Assembly (NCBI GenBank): GCA_009914755.4
Contig: CP086569.2
Span: 24,032,001 to 24,096,000 of the forward strand
Direction of reading: 5' to 3'
DNA from: the human T2T-CHM13v2.0 reference genome, Homo sapiens
DNA length: 64,000 nucleotides
The notes beneath the pieces are model-generated. The model was not told the origin of the DNA. It ran no database searches and was given only the letters and a program-made list of their open reading frames with translations. The position numbers and the translations under genes are program-made. Positions 12,901 through 25,669 of the stretch are shown here, piece after piece (positions within the stretch are counted from its first letter, which is position 1; each line of letters begins with the position of its first letter).

Positions 12901-14479
12901 CAAATAAGTTGAGGAAAAAAATAACGTGACAAAAAGAAAAAACACAAAACAAAACACATACACACGTGAGCATATTACTGTTATCTTCTAGTTTCTATTG
13001 CTACTGAGAAGCTTCTTCTGTAAGTTTTAACTTTCTTGTTTGTATGCCATTCTTATTCAAGATAAGTAGTGTTGTATAAATTTTTACTGTGAGCGTGTCC
13101 TTAAAGGATCATTTTCTTTCAGCCTAGGTTGTAGAAGGATTCATCCAAGTCGGCTTTATGTTTGCTTCTGCCAGGCATTCTAGATGCCCCATGTCTAGGA
13201 TCTCTTTAGGCAGGAGAGAGGGTGATGGTGTAGGAGGACCCATTTCTTGGCTTGCAGATTCCAATAATATGTCACAGATTTAAACCCCAAACTTTGATGA
13301 AATGCAGGTCTAGGGTTTTAAAATATAATGAGAGTTAAATACGTATTTTCTTCATCCAGAGATGGGGCAAGCTTCCTCATCTGCTCGTTCATGGGTGATT
13401 TATATTTTCCCCACTCCATCCTTTTCCTAAGGATTTTAGGGACAATGGCTTTTTGCAGAGTACTCAGTTCCAGCTCCCACCTTGAGCCCTTACCTCCTGC
13501 CCCTAAACATCCAGACCTCAAGTTAGAGAGAGTAACATTTTGCCCACACCTAGGAGGACCAATCCTTCTGGTTTCCTTAGGGATGCAGGAATTTCTCAGT
13601 GCTAAAACCAGTAAGTCCTGGGCAAACGAGTATGACTGGCTGCCCTACAACCCAGCCCCCATATCCAGGGCAGGAGAACAATCATTTGAACAATTCATTG
13701 CTCTGGTTTTCAGTTGATTTTTGGTTCTTGGAATTTCCCTTCTTTTTTTATGGGCTTATCTGCCTATTGGAAACAAAACGTTATTTTTTTTTATCCCGCA
13801 TTACTAGATGTCAGTAGTGAGACACGTCTCACGTTATAGCAGTCCAGCATTTTGCCAGTTCAAAAAGTCACATTTTAATTCTTTCCGTCAGTACAGAAGT
13901 GAAGTTTGAGGATAAAGGTCATAGCCACGTAGCCCTGTGTGCATAACCAGGTGCTGGAGTGGTCCCCAAAGTTATGTGATTGGCTCCACCACCTGCCCCA
14001 CAGCTTGCTCCCGCTCTAGGCCCTTGCTCTGATCTTGAGAATGTTCTGTAAGTCTCTAGGCAGGCCTAGCGTCTTTCTGTAAGTCCTAGAAGGTGAAGTC
14101 TTCCATTAAAATGTAAAATCCCTGAGCAAAGAGATATTATTTTATTCTGTTCACTCCTGCATCTGCAGTACCTGGTAATCACAGGCACTCAGTAACTATC
14201 TCTTGAAAGAAGGAACATCCTGAATGTCAAAACTGGCGTTCCCTCCCATCCAACCCCTTATATCTCAAACTTGACAGAAAGGAGTCCAAGTTTCTGGCCT
14301 GTTGATGTCTCCCTCCGTTTTCCACAGACTTGCTACTATTTATTTCTGCAGGTACTTTAAAAGATTTTGGGGTGGGTGTGACGCTAACAGTGATTGTGCT
14401 AAACCTGTGCATTCCGGAAGCCATTTTGAAACTACAGCCCAGACACATTATCATTTTTTAAAACTATACCATATATTTC

Positions 14480-15720
14480 AGTATGCATACTTATTTCAAG
14501 GGTGTTTTGGAGGCGGTGCCTGCCTGGAACCCAGGCACTGGCCAGCACACACGCACGGCATACCCTGCGTACTCTACGCACCCACAGCGTGGGGGACGGC
14601 CGTCATCCCCCGCAGGCCTCCACCCTCCAGGGGGCGGGTGTGCTGCCACCCATTGGCTCAGGCCGATACCACGCGCCCCGATACCCGGCACAGGAGCCAC
14701 CTCCCAGAGCCCCGCAGTCCATGCCTCAGTCGGCCTGCGCTCCTCAGCCTGGCGGTTCTACCTCCGAGGGTTCGCCCGCCCTTGGTTTTCCTTACACCTT
14801 AGCCTTTGGCTCCTTTGACCACTCGAAGCCCCACAGCGTGTTCCAGCGGACTTCACCAGCAGACCCAGAAGTGGTGGGTGAAACACTGCCTCTGTTCCTC
14901 CTTGAGCCTGTCGGGAGCTGCTGCCTGCCACCACCATGGTGAGTTGAAGGAAAGACCTGAGGGGCAAGGCCTGTGGGGTCTTCACCGGTGGGTGAAACCA
15001 GGCTCCGCCTTATCCTCGGTTTTCCTGTTTCGGGGCCACCCCGCTGAATGCATTAGGAGCCGTGGCCCGCAGGGTGGGGTGAGGCGGCCTGGCAGCAGCG
15101 CGGCCTATACAGAGAGGCAGGCACAGAAGTGGCGGGACAGCAAGCATGGCGTGGGTCCCCAGGACGCCCTGCCTCACAGTTCACTTACAAGGGCCACGGC
15201 CTCCTTGCGGAACCCATTTCCTGCCCCGGGTTCTCTCCTGGCAGCGGTTTGGGGTGCGGGTTCCCCACCCCCACGCGTCCCCACCCCCACTCCTAGGCGC
15301 CCTTTCCCCCTTCCCCCACTCCCACGCGCCCCCACCCCGCCAACTTCACTTCTGACGCTCTCCTGGTGGCTCCGCAAGATGGCGGCGGGCCTGCTGAGAG
15401 ACTTGCCTCCTTGGATTGGGAGGGCCGGAACTTCTTCAGGAAGTGGTTCCCTCCTGGTCCTTGTACTACTGGGTGGGGTGGGTTGGTGGGGTTTGTGGGG
15501 GCCTGAGTGTGGCGGGTGGGGCGGCCTGAAGGCGCGGCCCACTAGCTGAGGGGGCTGGGTGGGAAGTGCCTCTGATCCTTTCGCGGCTAGCAGCTGCTGG
15601 GGGCTTGGCTGATGGCGGCTGGCTGATGGCGGCTCCCTACTGCGGCGGCGACAGGCACAAAAGCTCACTCGACGCCATCTTTGTGGCAAGAGGTTGGCTT
15701 CGGCAGTTACCATTGAGAAT
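14480..15720 (+). promoter_or_regulatory. DAZ: CpG island / putative DAZ promoter region spanning the candidate exon 1
   Basis: Abrupt switch to very high G+C with dense CpG (cgcacggcataccctgcgtactctacgcacccacagcgtgggggacggccgtc...). It lies ~6.6 kb upstream of exon 2 on the same strand. The long Pro/Gly/Arg-rich ORFs here (14806-15549 +, 15174-15713 -) are GC-composition by-products. Confidence 0.7.
14936..14938 (+). CDS. DAZ: Candidate DAZ exon 1 coding part: initiator ATG at the very end of exon 1 (5' UTR extends upstream; TSS not determined)
   Basis: ctgcctgccaccaccATGgtgagttgaagg gives a Kozak-like gccaccaccATGG followed directly by a consensus donor GTGAGT. It is the only ATG-GT junction in the CpG island. 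Exon 2 starts tct gct gca aat (S A A N), so it needs an upstream exon ending in ATG to give MSAANPETPNS. Confidence 0.5.
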
Positions 15721-16518
15721 TTTAGAATTTTTAAACTCCAGGCACAATCTTTCCCCCGTAGATAAACCAGGAAACTTTGACTAAATGTCCAATTGGTAGA
15801 TAATGTTGGGTGTGCATTTCTGTGAGTTTGGTAAATGCCCAGCGTTCATTGAGCGCCATCACAGATGTGGCTCTGAATACGCTGACCAAACACTGAGTCA
15901 CAAACACGCGTGTTACATGCTGTGTGCGTATCTGCATTGATAATTTTGTCTTTTCGTTTTTGGAAATAAAAGGAGGAGTTTTATACACGGTTTATATTAC
16001 CATGTATAAACATTAAAAATACATAAGCAACTATAATGTGTAATAAGTGTGCAACATGTTACCCATGCTAATGAAAAAATCACCTTGAGTTATAAGTTAT
16101 AATTATTTACAATAATACTTTTCATTTTTAGAGGTAGAGGGAAGAAATGCTTATCGTTTCATTAGGTTTTTTTCCTGATTATAAAAGTAGTGTAGTATAT
16201 TTACTCATTTGAAAACAATCACACTAAGAAAATAGCAGTCCATGTTAATACCAACACATAAAACCACAGTTAAGTTTTGATACATGAATGCCTTTCCAAC
16301 TTATTTTTATGCATGTATTGCAATTGCATATAGATAGGCCAGCTTTTACAAAAGTTACATAGTGCTGCTTAATACTATTTTACAACTGGCAGCTTTCAAT
16401 TAATGTGGGTATTATTCTGAAGATAACTTTAATTTTCAGTATATCATGTTAAAAATTGTACTGTTGTTTTACTGAATTCCCTTATGATGAATACTTTTTC
16501 AGTATTAAAACTATCATG

Positions 16519-16815
16519 GGCTGGGCGCGGTGGCTCACGCCTGTAATCCCAACACTTTGGGAGACTGAGGCGGGCGGATCACTTGAGGTCAGGATTTCGA
16601 GAGCAGCCCGATTAACATGGTGAAACCCCATCTCTACTAAAAATACGAAAAATTAGCCAGGCGTGGTGGCGTGCACTTGTAATCCCAGCTACTCGGGAGG
16701 CTGAGGCAGGAGAATCATTTGAACCTGGGAAGCAGGTTGCAGTGAGCTGAGATGGTGCCACTGCAGTCCAGCCTAGGCAACAAAGGGAGACTCAGTCTCA
16801 AAACAAAATTTAAAA
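16519..16815 (+). mobile_element. Alu (plus orientation) in DAZ intron 1
   Basis: ggctgggcgcggtggctcacgcctgtaatcccaacactttgggagactgaggcgggcggatcacttgaggtcaggatttcgagagcagccc ... gagactcagtctcaaaacaaaatttaaaaaa. Confidence 0.9.
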
Positions 16816-18470
16816 AATGCCATGAATGTCCTTGTGTAAATATCTTGGCACACTTGTACTTAATTATTAATTCCTTGAGATTAATTGCTGTAAGTGGCAT
16901 TGCTGGGTGGAAGTGCTTTTGCCCTTTCATAACAATTTTAAATTATGCTCCTCATTAGTATAGTGGTGAGTATCCCCCTGTCAAATTATGATACACCTTT
17001 TCCAAGGTGCTCTTGGTAAAGCATGTATCAGTATTTTCCCACTGATGGTGTGTAGAGTGATCTCTGTTGCACACCCTTTCTAATGAACGGTATTAGGATT
17101 TTGTACATCGTCAGCCTAATAGCTGGATAATGTTACACTATGTTGATGTGCACTTTTTTGAATCATCAGTGAAGTTGAGCATTGATCATTAGCTTTTTAA
17201 ATTTCCTTTTTTAATTTTATTTTTCTTACTGACTCATAAAAACCCTGTATTAATATTCGCATTTGTCATACATAGTGGGAAAATATATATAGTAGTAATG
17301 ATGAGGTGCCATGGTGCCCTTACCTTATTCCTATTTTCAGTGGAGATGGCTCTAGTATTTCACTGTAAGCTTCATGATAGGGTAGAATTAGATTGATAGA
17401 AAGCAAGAATCCTCTATTTCTATTTTACTTAGGTTTTTAAAAAATTTAAAAATGAATGCTGTATTTTATTAAATACTTTTTCAATGATGAATTAAAGTAA
17501 CGTATCCTGCGAATGCAGTATTCTTGCATTGCCAATATAAACTATATTCTTTCCTACTGGAATTTTGCATTTGTGTTGAGGAGAGGGTTGGACCATCTTG
17601 ATGAGGCTTTGTTGCTTATGTGTTGTTAACCTTTGTAAAATGCATTGAGAAGTACTTTTTTCCTCTTTGAAAATTGAAGAAAAGAGTTTACATTTCTTAA
17701 TCTCTTCTTCTATCTTTACTTCAGGTTTCTGGCGTCTGTGTGCACCTCTCTGTGACACACCACATACACCCAAGTTACCTGTTTCTTTACAAGTTGAAAA
17801 AACTCCCAGGGAAACTAAGCCAAATACCATTGGGTGTTCTTTTTCAAGATTGTTTGGGAAGAATTAAAATTTCTGTACAAGTTGACCATGTCGTTGATTT
17901 CAAAATTTATTCCTATAGAGTTTGAGCATAACATTCTTTTATAACCACGGGCCACAACCCATTTTTCAGGTCTCATATATTTTTGCTTTTTCTTGCTTAG
18001 TTTTGCAAGGATTGTGTATTGCTTGAATTTCATCCTTGCCACCCACCACTCCCCGGGACTCTGTTCTTGGATTAACTTCTGATTTTCACGTCATATTTTC
18101 TTAATTTTAGCATTCTCTTTATTTGCTCCTCTTCCTATTGCTGTGAATGTAACTTTGATGACTACAAATGATAGGCTTTTTCCTGGCCAGTTTATGTAAA
18201 TAACAATTTGCTTACATGTTCACATAGTAATTGCATTAGATAATACTGGCAGAGGAGCTGACATGGCAGGAGTTTAATGATAATTTTTTCCAGCTTTTAG
18301 CTGTCTTTGTCACTTGATTGTCCGCATATAACAAGGAATATGTTTGCTAGAAATAGCAATGAGAGTTGTGATTATGACGGTCTTGAAGCTCACCCCTGTT
18401 TACTATTGCAACATTTCTCATTTGAAAATTCAACAACTCACTTGAAGATACGGTTAAGAAAATTACTTCT

Positions 18471-18811
<341 letters not shown>

Positions 18812-21102
18812 AAGAAAATTACTTCTTTAATGCAGTTTGTTTTCAGGATGCCATTGACGGTTACGATGGTACTTTCTTTCAAACTAAACTTTTGCTTATC
18901 CGAAGCATTCATTTATATTTTTGGCCGTAGTTTAAAACTAACCAAAGTTTGTCTGTTGATTGTGGATTTTTATATATACATTATATAATTATGTATAAGT
19001 ACACAGTCGGAATTGAACAATCCCTGCTACTCGAGCCATGGTAAAAGTGAAGTACGTTGCAGAAAACGAGGTACATTGCTTACCTTGTTAGCTTTGAGCG
19101 CCACCTGCTGGCTGAGGACTAGGACATGATCATTACTTCCTTCATTTAAAGTATTATGACGCTATTAGAGAGATTCAGTGAATTTTATATGTACGATTCC
19201 AGTTAAGCAGGCAGCCGGTTTGTAAGATCCAAGCTAAAGTCAAACTTCTTAATAATATCAAATGCCTTTTTTCTTCTTTACCAAACTACGGTTATTTCGA
19301 GTATCCAAATGAGTATGAGAATCAGAAGAGACACCCGAGGTCTTTTCCGGCCATTCGTTTTCAAGCAAGGAAACTGAAACCGAGGTCATGAAAAGATTCA
19401 CTTTAGTGAGCGATGGAAATCAGGTTCTTCCCAAAGAAGAATTTTCCTCTTCAATTCTTGTGGCACGGTGACAAGGTTTCTTAACCAGACCCTTTTCAAA
19501 TTGTGCACCAAATACTTCCTTATGGTAGGAGGCTGTCTTTACACTGTAGGATGCGCAGTAGTGTGCCTGGCCTTCGGCCCATCAGATTCCAGGAATACAT
19601 CTCAGTTGTGACAGCCAATCTCTAAACGTCGCTAAATGCCCCTGGGGCTCAAAAATCTTGCCCAGTTGAGAATCAGTGCATTTCCATAACCTCTCGTAGT
19701 CTGACACAGTTTTCTGCCAGATGTTACATTTCTAAATTAAAATACATCCAAACACTATGGTGCAGAGACGATACTGTAATATAGCTTGTTTATCAAGGAA
19801 ACACGTACCCAAAGTTCATCCACAAATCAAGGAGGAATTGGAAAGGAGAAAAAGAAACTACAAGAATTTCAGAATTTGTTTTGTTTTGTTTTATTCTGTT
19901 TGGGATTTCTGAATGAACTGAGAAGGAATTGGTAAATTGTCTATAGGGAAGGGAGATCTAATCAGGTTCCCAGTAGTTCAAGGTAGTGCAGCTTAATGTC
20001 ATTTGGAAAAAACAATAATGTGAGACATTTTTGAAAGGAAGAACTTTAAAAACAGTGTTTTAAATTTTTCTTTCACATCATTGTCATGAAATAACGCTGT
20101 TAAAGGAAAGAATTAGGAATTAGTTACAAACCCAAAATAGCAAGTACAAGCACGAAAGAATAGAGAAATGCAGTAACCTCGGCTTTAGTTGATTTGACAA
20201 TTTAGATTTGATCTCTAGTAAAGCTGTGTAGAATCAGTAACTTCTAGGCTCTAATTAACAAAGCAGGAACCCTCCTTTCTTATTAACTTCTGTAACATTA
20301 CTGTGTTCTAAAAGATAACGCAGTTTCTTTTGTCTTTTGTTTTCTTTCAGACAGGTATATGTGTAATAGCTTTCTCTTTTGCAGCATTTTGTACTGACAT
20401 TTGTGAAGTCAACAGCACTTCACCAATGATTTTTAAATTAATGATGTGTCATAGTTTCCTGATGTGTCAATTAGTTCTTAATTAAAATTTTTTTCAAAAT
20501 AAGTCAGCTAAATAGTGAAGCCAAAAAAGAAACTTGAAAACAAATCGGCTGAAAATAAATTCAAATAACAGGACACTAACTTACATTGGCACACCACTTG
20601 TACCACTTTATACGTACAAAATGAATTCACAGATGTGATCTCATGTCATTCTCAAAGCACTTTGCCCACAGATACATAGCTGGCAAGTAGGTGGCTTATA
20701 ACCACTTACCTGTAAGGGACATAAACCTAGATCTCCTGACTGAATTAATTTTTGTTTCACTATGCTATATTGTTTCTCCAACGTATATATTACTTATGAA
20801 TACTACTTCAGAAAATTTTACATTAACCTTAGAGTCTGCTGTGGAAAGAATAAAGACAGTTCTGATCAGAATCTAGAAAATTAGTGAGTTATATGTATGT
20901 GTTTTTTTATCTGAAAATAAAGATGGTATCATTTATATCTATCAGCCCACTGTGAAAATCAGAATTATCAGTCAGACTGATTCCGTGTTACTCAGGAAGA
21001 AAAATGTTATTTCAAAAGATGCTTTGAACACCCTAGCGTTAGGGAAGAGGATTGTAACAAATTGGTTTAAAACGTTGAGGCTTATTTTCTTTTTGGTGGG
21101 GC

Positions 21103-21133
<31 letters not shown>

Positions 21134-21539
21134 ATCTTTAGTCTACTCAGTAAAGTGAAAAGTTGTTTATGAATATAGAACAGGATGATTTTAATAACTT
21201 TAATTTTTACAAATCTAAACTCTCTAGTTTTGGGTGTCTTTTTTAACTACTTCACGTAGTACTTTCACAAATACTAAATGGGTATTCTTCCACAGCATTA
21301 TACAAGACTCGGTGATGAGCGGCACTAGGTTTAAGAAAGTACTGTATCCTTCGGTTAAAATTCCATGCTGATGTACTCTGATAAGTTTAAATCCTGAGCC
21401 TGAACTGAGCTGCACTGGTGACTGAATTACAATGAAAGTAATTTATGTAAAATATACTTAAAATACAAAAATGGTATTTCACATTATGTATGGGTTTTGC
21501 CTGCATACGTAATTATGATGTCTACTTTCCAAATTACAG

Positions 21540-21686
21540 TCTGCTGCAAATCCTGAGACTCCAAACTCAACCATCTCCAGAGAGGCCAGCACCCAGTCTT
21601 CATCAGCTGCAGCTAGCCAAGGCTGGGTGTTACCAGAAGGCAAAATCGTGCCAAACACTGTTTTTGTTGGTGGAATTGATGCTAGG
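21540..21686 (+). CDS. DAZ: DAZ exon 2 (SAANPETPNSTISREASTQSSSAAASQGWVLPEGKIVPNTVFVGGIDAR; N-terminal region plus RNP-2 of the RRM)
   Basis: Acceptor ttccaaattacag|tctgctgca; donor gctagg|gtattg. The translation matches the DAZ/DAZL N-terminus with RNP-2 VFVGGI. Confidence 0.9.
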
Positions 21687-21960
21687 GTATTGTATTCGTA
21701 CCTCATTTTTACCTTAACATACATCATGAACAATGGGATGTGGGCCCTGTTACAAACTTAAATTTTTTTTTGTACTTCCTGGAGGTTTAGAATTGCTTTT
21801 AGGTTTGACCCATAGGTACTAAAAATATCTTTGACAAAGGGCTGCTGGTCATTCGGGGATAAATGGGGGAGAAATTTCCACCTCATGGTAGTAAAATTGT
21901 AGTAAAGTTGAAATTTTTGAATGCTGAATTTTTACTCTGACGTTCAGTTCTTTTCCATAG

Positions 21961-22052
21961 ATGGATGAAACTGAGATTGGAAGCTGCTTTGGTAGATACG
22001 GTTCAGTGAAAGAAGTGAAGATAATCACGAATCGAACTGGTGTGTCCAAAGG
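21961..22052 (+). CDS. DAZ: DAZ exon 3 (MDETEIGSCFGRYGSVKEVKIITNRTGVSKG-)
   Basis: Acceptor ttttccatag|atggatgaa; donor aaagg|gtgagt. Stays in frame from exon 2. Confidence 0.9.
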
Positions 22053-22612
22053 GTGAGTAATTTTATCAAAAATATGTGAACTCCAGTCACCTATTCTATA
22101 AGTATCAGACAAGACTTCAAAACTGATATTCTGACCCTTGTATAAATGCAATATTCTGCAGTGTTAATTTCTTTCACGTAGGGGATAAAAGGCTATTACC
22201 AGTTCTTCTATTTGACCATTTTTCTAATGTTTGTATTTAAATGTCTCCAGTTTCTATTTCATACAGATGAGTTAATCAGTTTTCTCAAATAATTGTTTTC
22301 TTCATACACTGCAGAGCATCTTAAATTTTAACCACCTTGTCTTAGACAGTAAGTTAAACTCAGGTTCACAGATATGAATTCTTTGCTAATCAATAAAGTT
22401 GTCACACTGCCCTAATCCTAGCACATTTTGACATAGTTCTGCTTAAGAAAAAGTGGTATTTGTAGAGGATCTGTCATGTACATCTTAGCAAATACTTATC
22501 ATGGTATATTATTCGTCTTTTGTCATGATCACTTCTGTATATAGAATAGTAGACCTTCTGAACCACGTACTGTATGATGGTGATTTTATGCTTCATTTGT
22601 CTGCCTTTATAG

Positions 22613-22664
22613 CTATGGATTTGTTTCGTTTGTTAATGACGTGGATGTCCAGAAGATAGTAGGA
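22613..22664 (+). CDS. DAZ: DAZ exon 4 (-YGFVSFVNDVDVQKIVG; RNP-1 KGYGFVSF spans exons 3/4)
   Basis: Acceptor ctgcctttatag|ctatggat; donor gtagga|gtaagt. Confidence 0.9.
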
Positions 22665-23100
22665 GTAAGTAATCTAATAGAAAAATCTCTTATTTATCTT
22701 ATTGCTACAACGTTTAGTGTCAGTGATACACTCGGACTTGTGTAAAATTTGGGGAAAGACACACTTCCTGTTCAAAATCCAAACTCAGAGTAACCTCACG
22801 TAGCTTGTTTGATCCTGTTTATTTTTGACTGGACACCTAGTTTCATGAACTACAGACAGGAAGGGTTGGAGACAGGGTGATGGAAAGTTTTTGATCAACT
22901 TTCACTTGATGCCTCTTGACACTGATTAGAGTAGTAAGGGTAAGTAAGGTAGCTTCGTGATGACAAATTTTAATTTGGTGCGTAGTTGTCCCCGATCTTC
23001 TATGATGATAGGTACTTTAGAAGACTTCAGGTGTTTACCCAAGTCTTGGAAGCTAACACTTGAAAATTGATTCTAGTTTTGTTAACGGTTCTATTTTCAG

Positions 23101-23164
23101 TCACAGATACATTTCCATGGTAAAAAGCTGAAGCTGGGCCCTGCAATCAGGAAACAAAAGTTAT
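23101..23164 (+). CDS. DAZ: DAZ exon 5 (SQIHFHGKKLKLGPAIRKQKL-)
   Basis: Acceptor ctattttcag|tcacagat; donor ttat|gtgagt. Confidence 0.9.
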
Positions 23165-23253
23165 GTGAGTAGGAAAAGAAATGGTTCTTTTCTGACCCGT
23201 GTAGCTTTTCAAATAACTAAAAATAGGCTTTTTTCTTCTTGCTTTTTAAAAAG

Positions 23254-23393
23254 GTGCTCGTCATGTGCAGCCACGTCCTTTGGTAGTTAATCCTCCTCCT
23301 CCACCACAGTTTCAGAACGTCTGGCGGAATCCAAACACTGAAACCTACCTGCAGCCCCAAATCACGCCGAATCCTGTAACTCAGCACGTTCAG
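23254..23393 (+). CDS. DAZ: DAZ exon 6 (-CARHVQPRPLVVNPPPPPQFQNVWRNPNTETYLQPQITPNPVTQHVQ)
   Basis: Acceptor ctttttaaaaag|gtgctcgtcatg; donor gttcag|gtaaga. Ends on a codon boundary, so the 72-nt exon 7 copies stay in frame. Confidence 0.9.
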
Positions 23394-24793
23394 GTAAGAA
23401 CTGCTTATGTTCCTGTTCTCTTGTTTATTCTAGTCATCCTTCCCTCTGTGGAATTGTATCTACACTTTCCATAGTAAGTGGCAATAGAATCCCTGTTTGA
23501 ACAGTGTGAGTAACGGGAAATCTGTTACTTTTGTTAGAAATTTCTTATTCTTCGTGTTCGTCATTTGAGCTAAGAATCTTCTGTATACTTGGCGAAGCTT
23601 TCTCTTAGAAATGACCTCTGTAGACACATGAACAAATCTCTTCCTATCTCTGCCTCTTTCACCTCATATAACTAGTTCCTAAAGTATTTGGAAGCAGCCC
23701 TCCTTATGTGTCTGCCTAGTTTATTGTTCTCTAAGGTTAGCAGTTAACCTAGCTATTCTTTACTTGCAGTGATTTCCAGATGCCTCCTCATATAAATTGC
23801 TTGACTTCTGGGTATATTCTGGTTCTGGGATGGGTAGATTTCTGATCTCTTTTGCTCTATCTAGAAATCCCGTGAGTTTCTGGCACGTAATTTCTCTGAT
23901 GCTGGTTGCTTTGATATTTAAAGTAGGATTTGACATACTCTTGTCACTTACTGGTGATAAATAACGTTTAGTTTGTTCTTCGTTCATTTTATTTATGTGT
24001 TAGTTTTTAAAAAGAGGTTTTCTTCGATGGAAAATAAAGTAACCAAATAGTAGTGAATTAGTTCTTCAGTGTCTCTCATTTGTTGACATTTTCCATGTAC
24101 TTGAAACGTGTGGGGTACACCTCTTCTTCTTTTTCCTTCTCTGAGCAATGGCTAGAAGAAAAGCCCTACTTGTTTGTAGCATTTACTGTGAGCCATTACT
24201 GAATGTGGGTGTATTGATGAATGATGCTACCTGTATGTTTTTAATCAGTAAGTATTTATTGAAAAGTAGAAGACATTATACTGTCTCTTTTCCAGCTGTG
24301 GCTTACTTACTGCCCTTAATTTGTGGAAAAGAAGTACAGAGAAAGCCGTAACATCTGCCGAAGAACTACAGTATTACCCTATAATATCATCAGATAGCAA
24401 ACAGTCTAGAAGTATTTTGCCAAAGAAAGAGCAAATGTATTATTTTAACTTACGTTGAAATCTATCTTAATAGAGCCTTATCAGCAGCGTAAGAAATAAC
24501 TTCTGGGTGGGCATAAGTACACAGTATAAATATGGTAGACTTTGGCCGGTGCAACAGTCACTTGTTTTGTCATTTGTCTCTTCCCCCTCCCCGCCCAAAG
24601 GGTAGCACTTGACAGAGAATATTTGTTTCTTCATGTCAGTCATTCATTTAGAAATCTGTATTTCTGTATGTAGAAAAATAATTACCATTTCAAGGTTTTT
24701 CGTATTTTTGTTATTTTGGGAATGATATTTCTTTCTAGTTAAAGAAAATGTTTTACCGTATTAATCCATTCTTTCTGTAAACTTTATTTTCAG

Positions 24794-24865
24794 GCTTACT
24801 CTGCTTATCCACATTCACCAGGTCAGGTCATCACTGGATGTCAGTTGCTTGTATATAATTATCAG
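24794..24865 (+). CDS. DAZ: DAZ exon 7 copy a (AYSAYPHSPGQVITGCQLLVYNYQ)
   Basis: ttattttcag|gcttactct ... aattatcag|gtaattgaag; 72 nt, in frame. Confidence 0.85.
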
Positions 24866-25618
24866 GTAATTGAAGAGGGAGTAAGATGATTTACTTTCAG
24901 CTACTATTGAGGCCTCAACTTGCTTATACAAATTGCTTGAATAGGTTGTCCTTTTAAACTAGTGAACTGTACCTAAAATTTAAGAAATCACTTAGAATTA
25001 GTGTAATGAGGACCTCTGTTTTATTTAGAAGTGATGAAATAAGATTTTGACAGGAGGGTACTTAGCAATAACTTTTCCGTAGAACAATTTCTGAGATTTG
25101 GTGTTCCCTTCTTTGTTTCAGCATGTATTTTGTTATCTTTGCTGTCAAAGAGCTGAAACATCCAGACTGACTTTCCTGAATCTTGTAGAGATACAGAGTG
25201 AAATAAAAGCTTTACCGAATTCTTAGAGCACAGAATTTCAGTTGTATTTTTATTTTAGCTTGCTGCTTCATGATAGCAGTTCTCTGGGTCTCTTTTCAAT
25301 GGTACAACTATTATCTGTGACCCATAATTGTATCTGTGGTAACAAATTCAAAGAATTAATATCTTTGAGGGTTCCACAATTCTGTTTCCATAAAATTGGG
25401 AAAAAGGTGAGGTTTTCTGTGTAGAAGTAACAACAAGAACTTTGGGGATTAGAAACCTAAAGTACTTCTTTTTTCTATTCTGTTTCTTTTATTATAACAA
25501 AGGAGCCATCATGATAAATACTCCAATATTATGTAACTCATGTGTTTTTGAAAACGTGTAGGAGTATTTAAATAATTTTGGTTACTTTTTTTTTTTTTTT
25601 TTTTTTTTTAATTTAAGA

Positions 25619-25669
25619 TTCCACTGCACTGGCCTGTTGGGGCGCAAAGGAGTTATGTTGTTCCTCCGG
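25619..25669 (+). pseudogene. DAZ: Representative decayed pseudo-exon 8 copy (one per 2.4-kb unit; others at ~28065, 30467, 32848, 40247, 42632, 45018, 47401, 49786, 52169, 54553, 59291)
   Basis: Unit a has ttccactgcactggcctgttggggcgcaaaggagttatgttgttcctccg|gtaaag with no ATG. Units b, c, e1-e6 and the L1 unit have gatgccaccataggggcctgttggggagcaaagggattatg, where the CAG codon has become TAG. Confidence 0.7.

Noticed and set aside
14302-15713. Long ORFs (166, 247, 179 aa) in the 14.3-15.7 kb region.
   Set aside because: Pro/Gly/Arg/Ala-rich translations typical of random ORFs in a GC-rich CpG island; overlapping on both strands; no similarity to known proteins.
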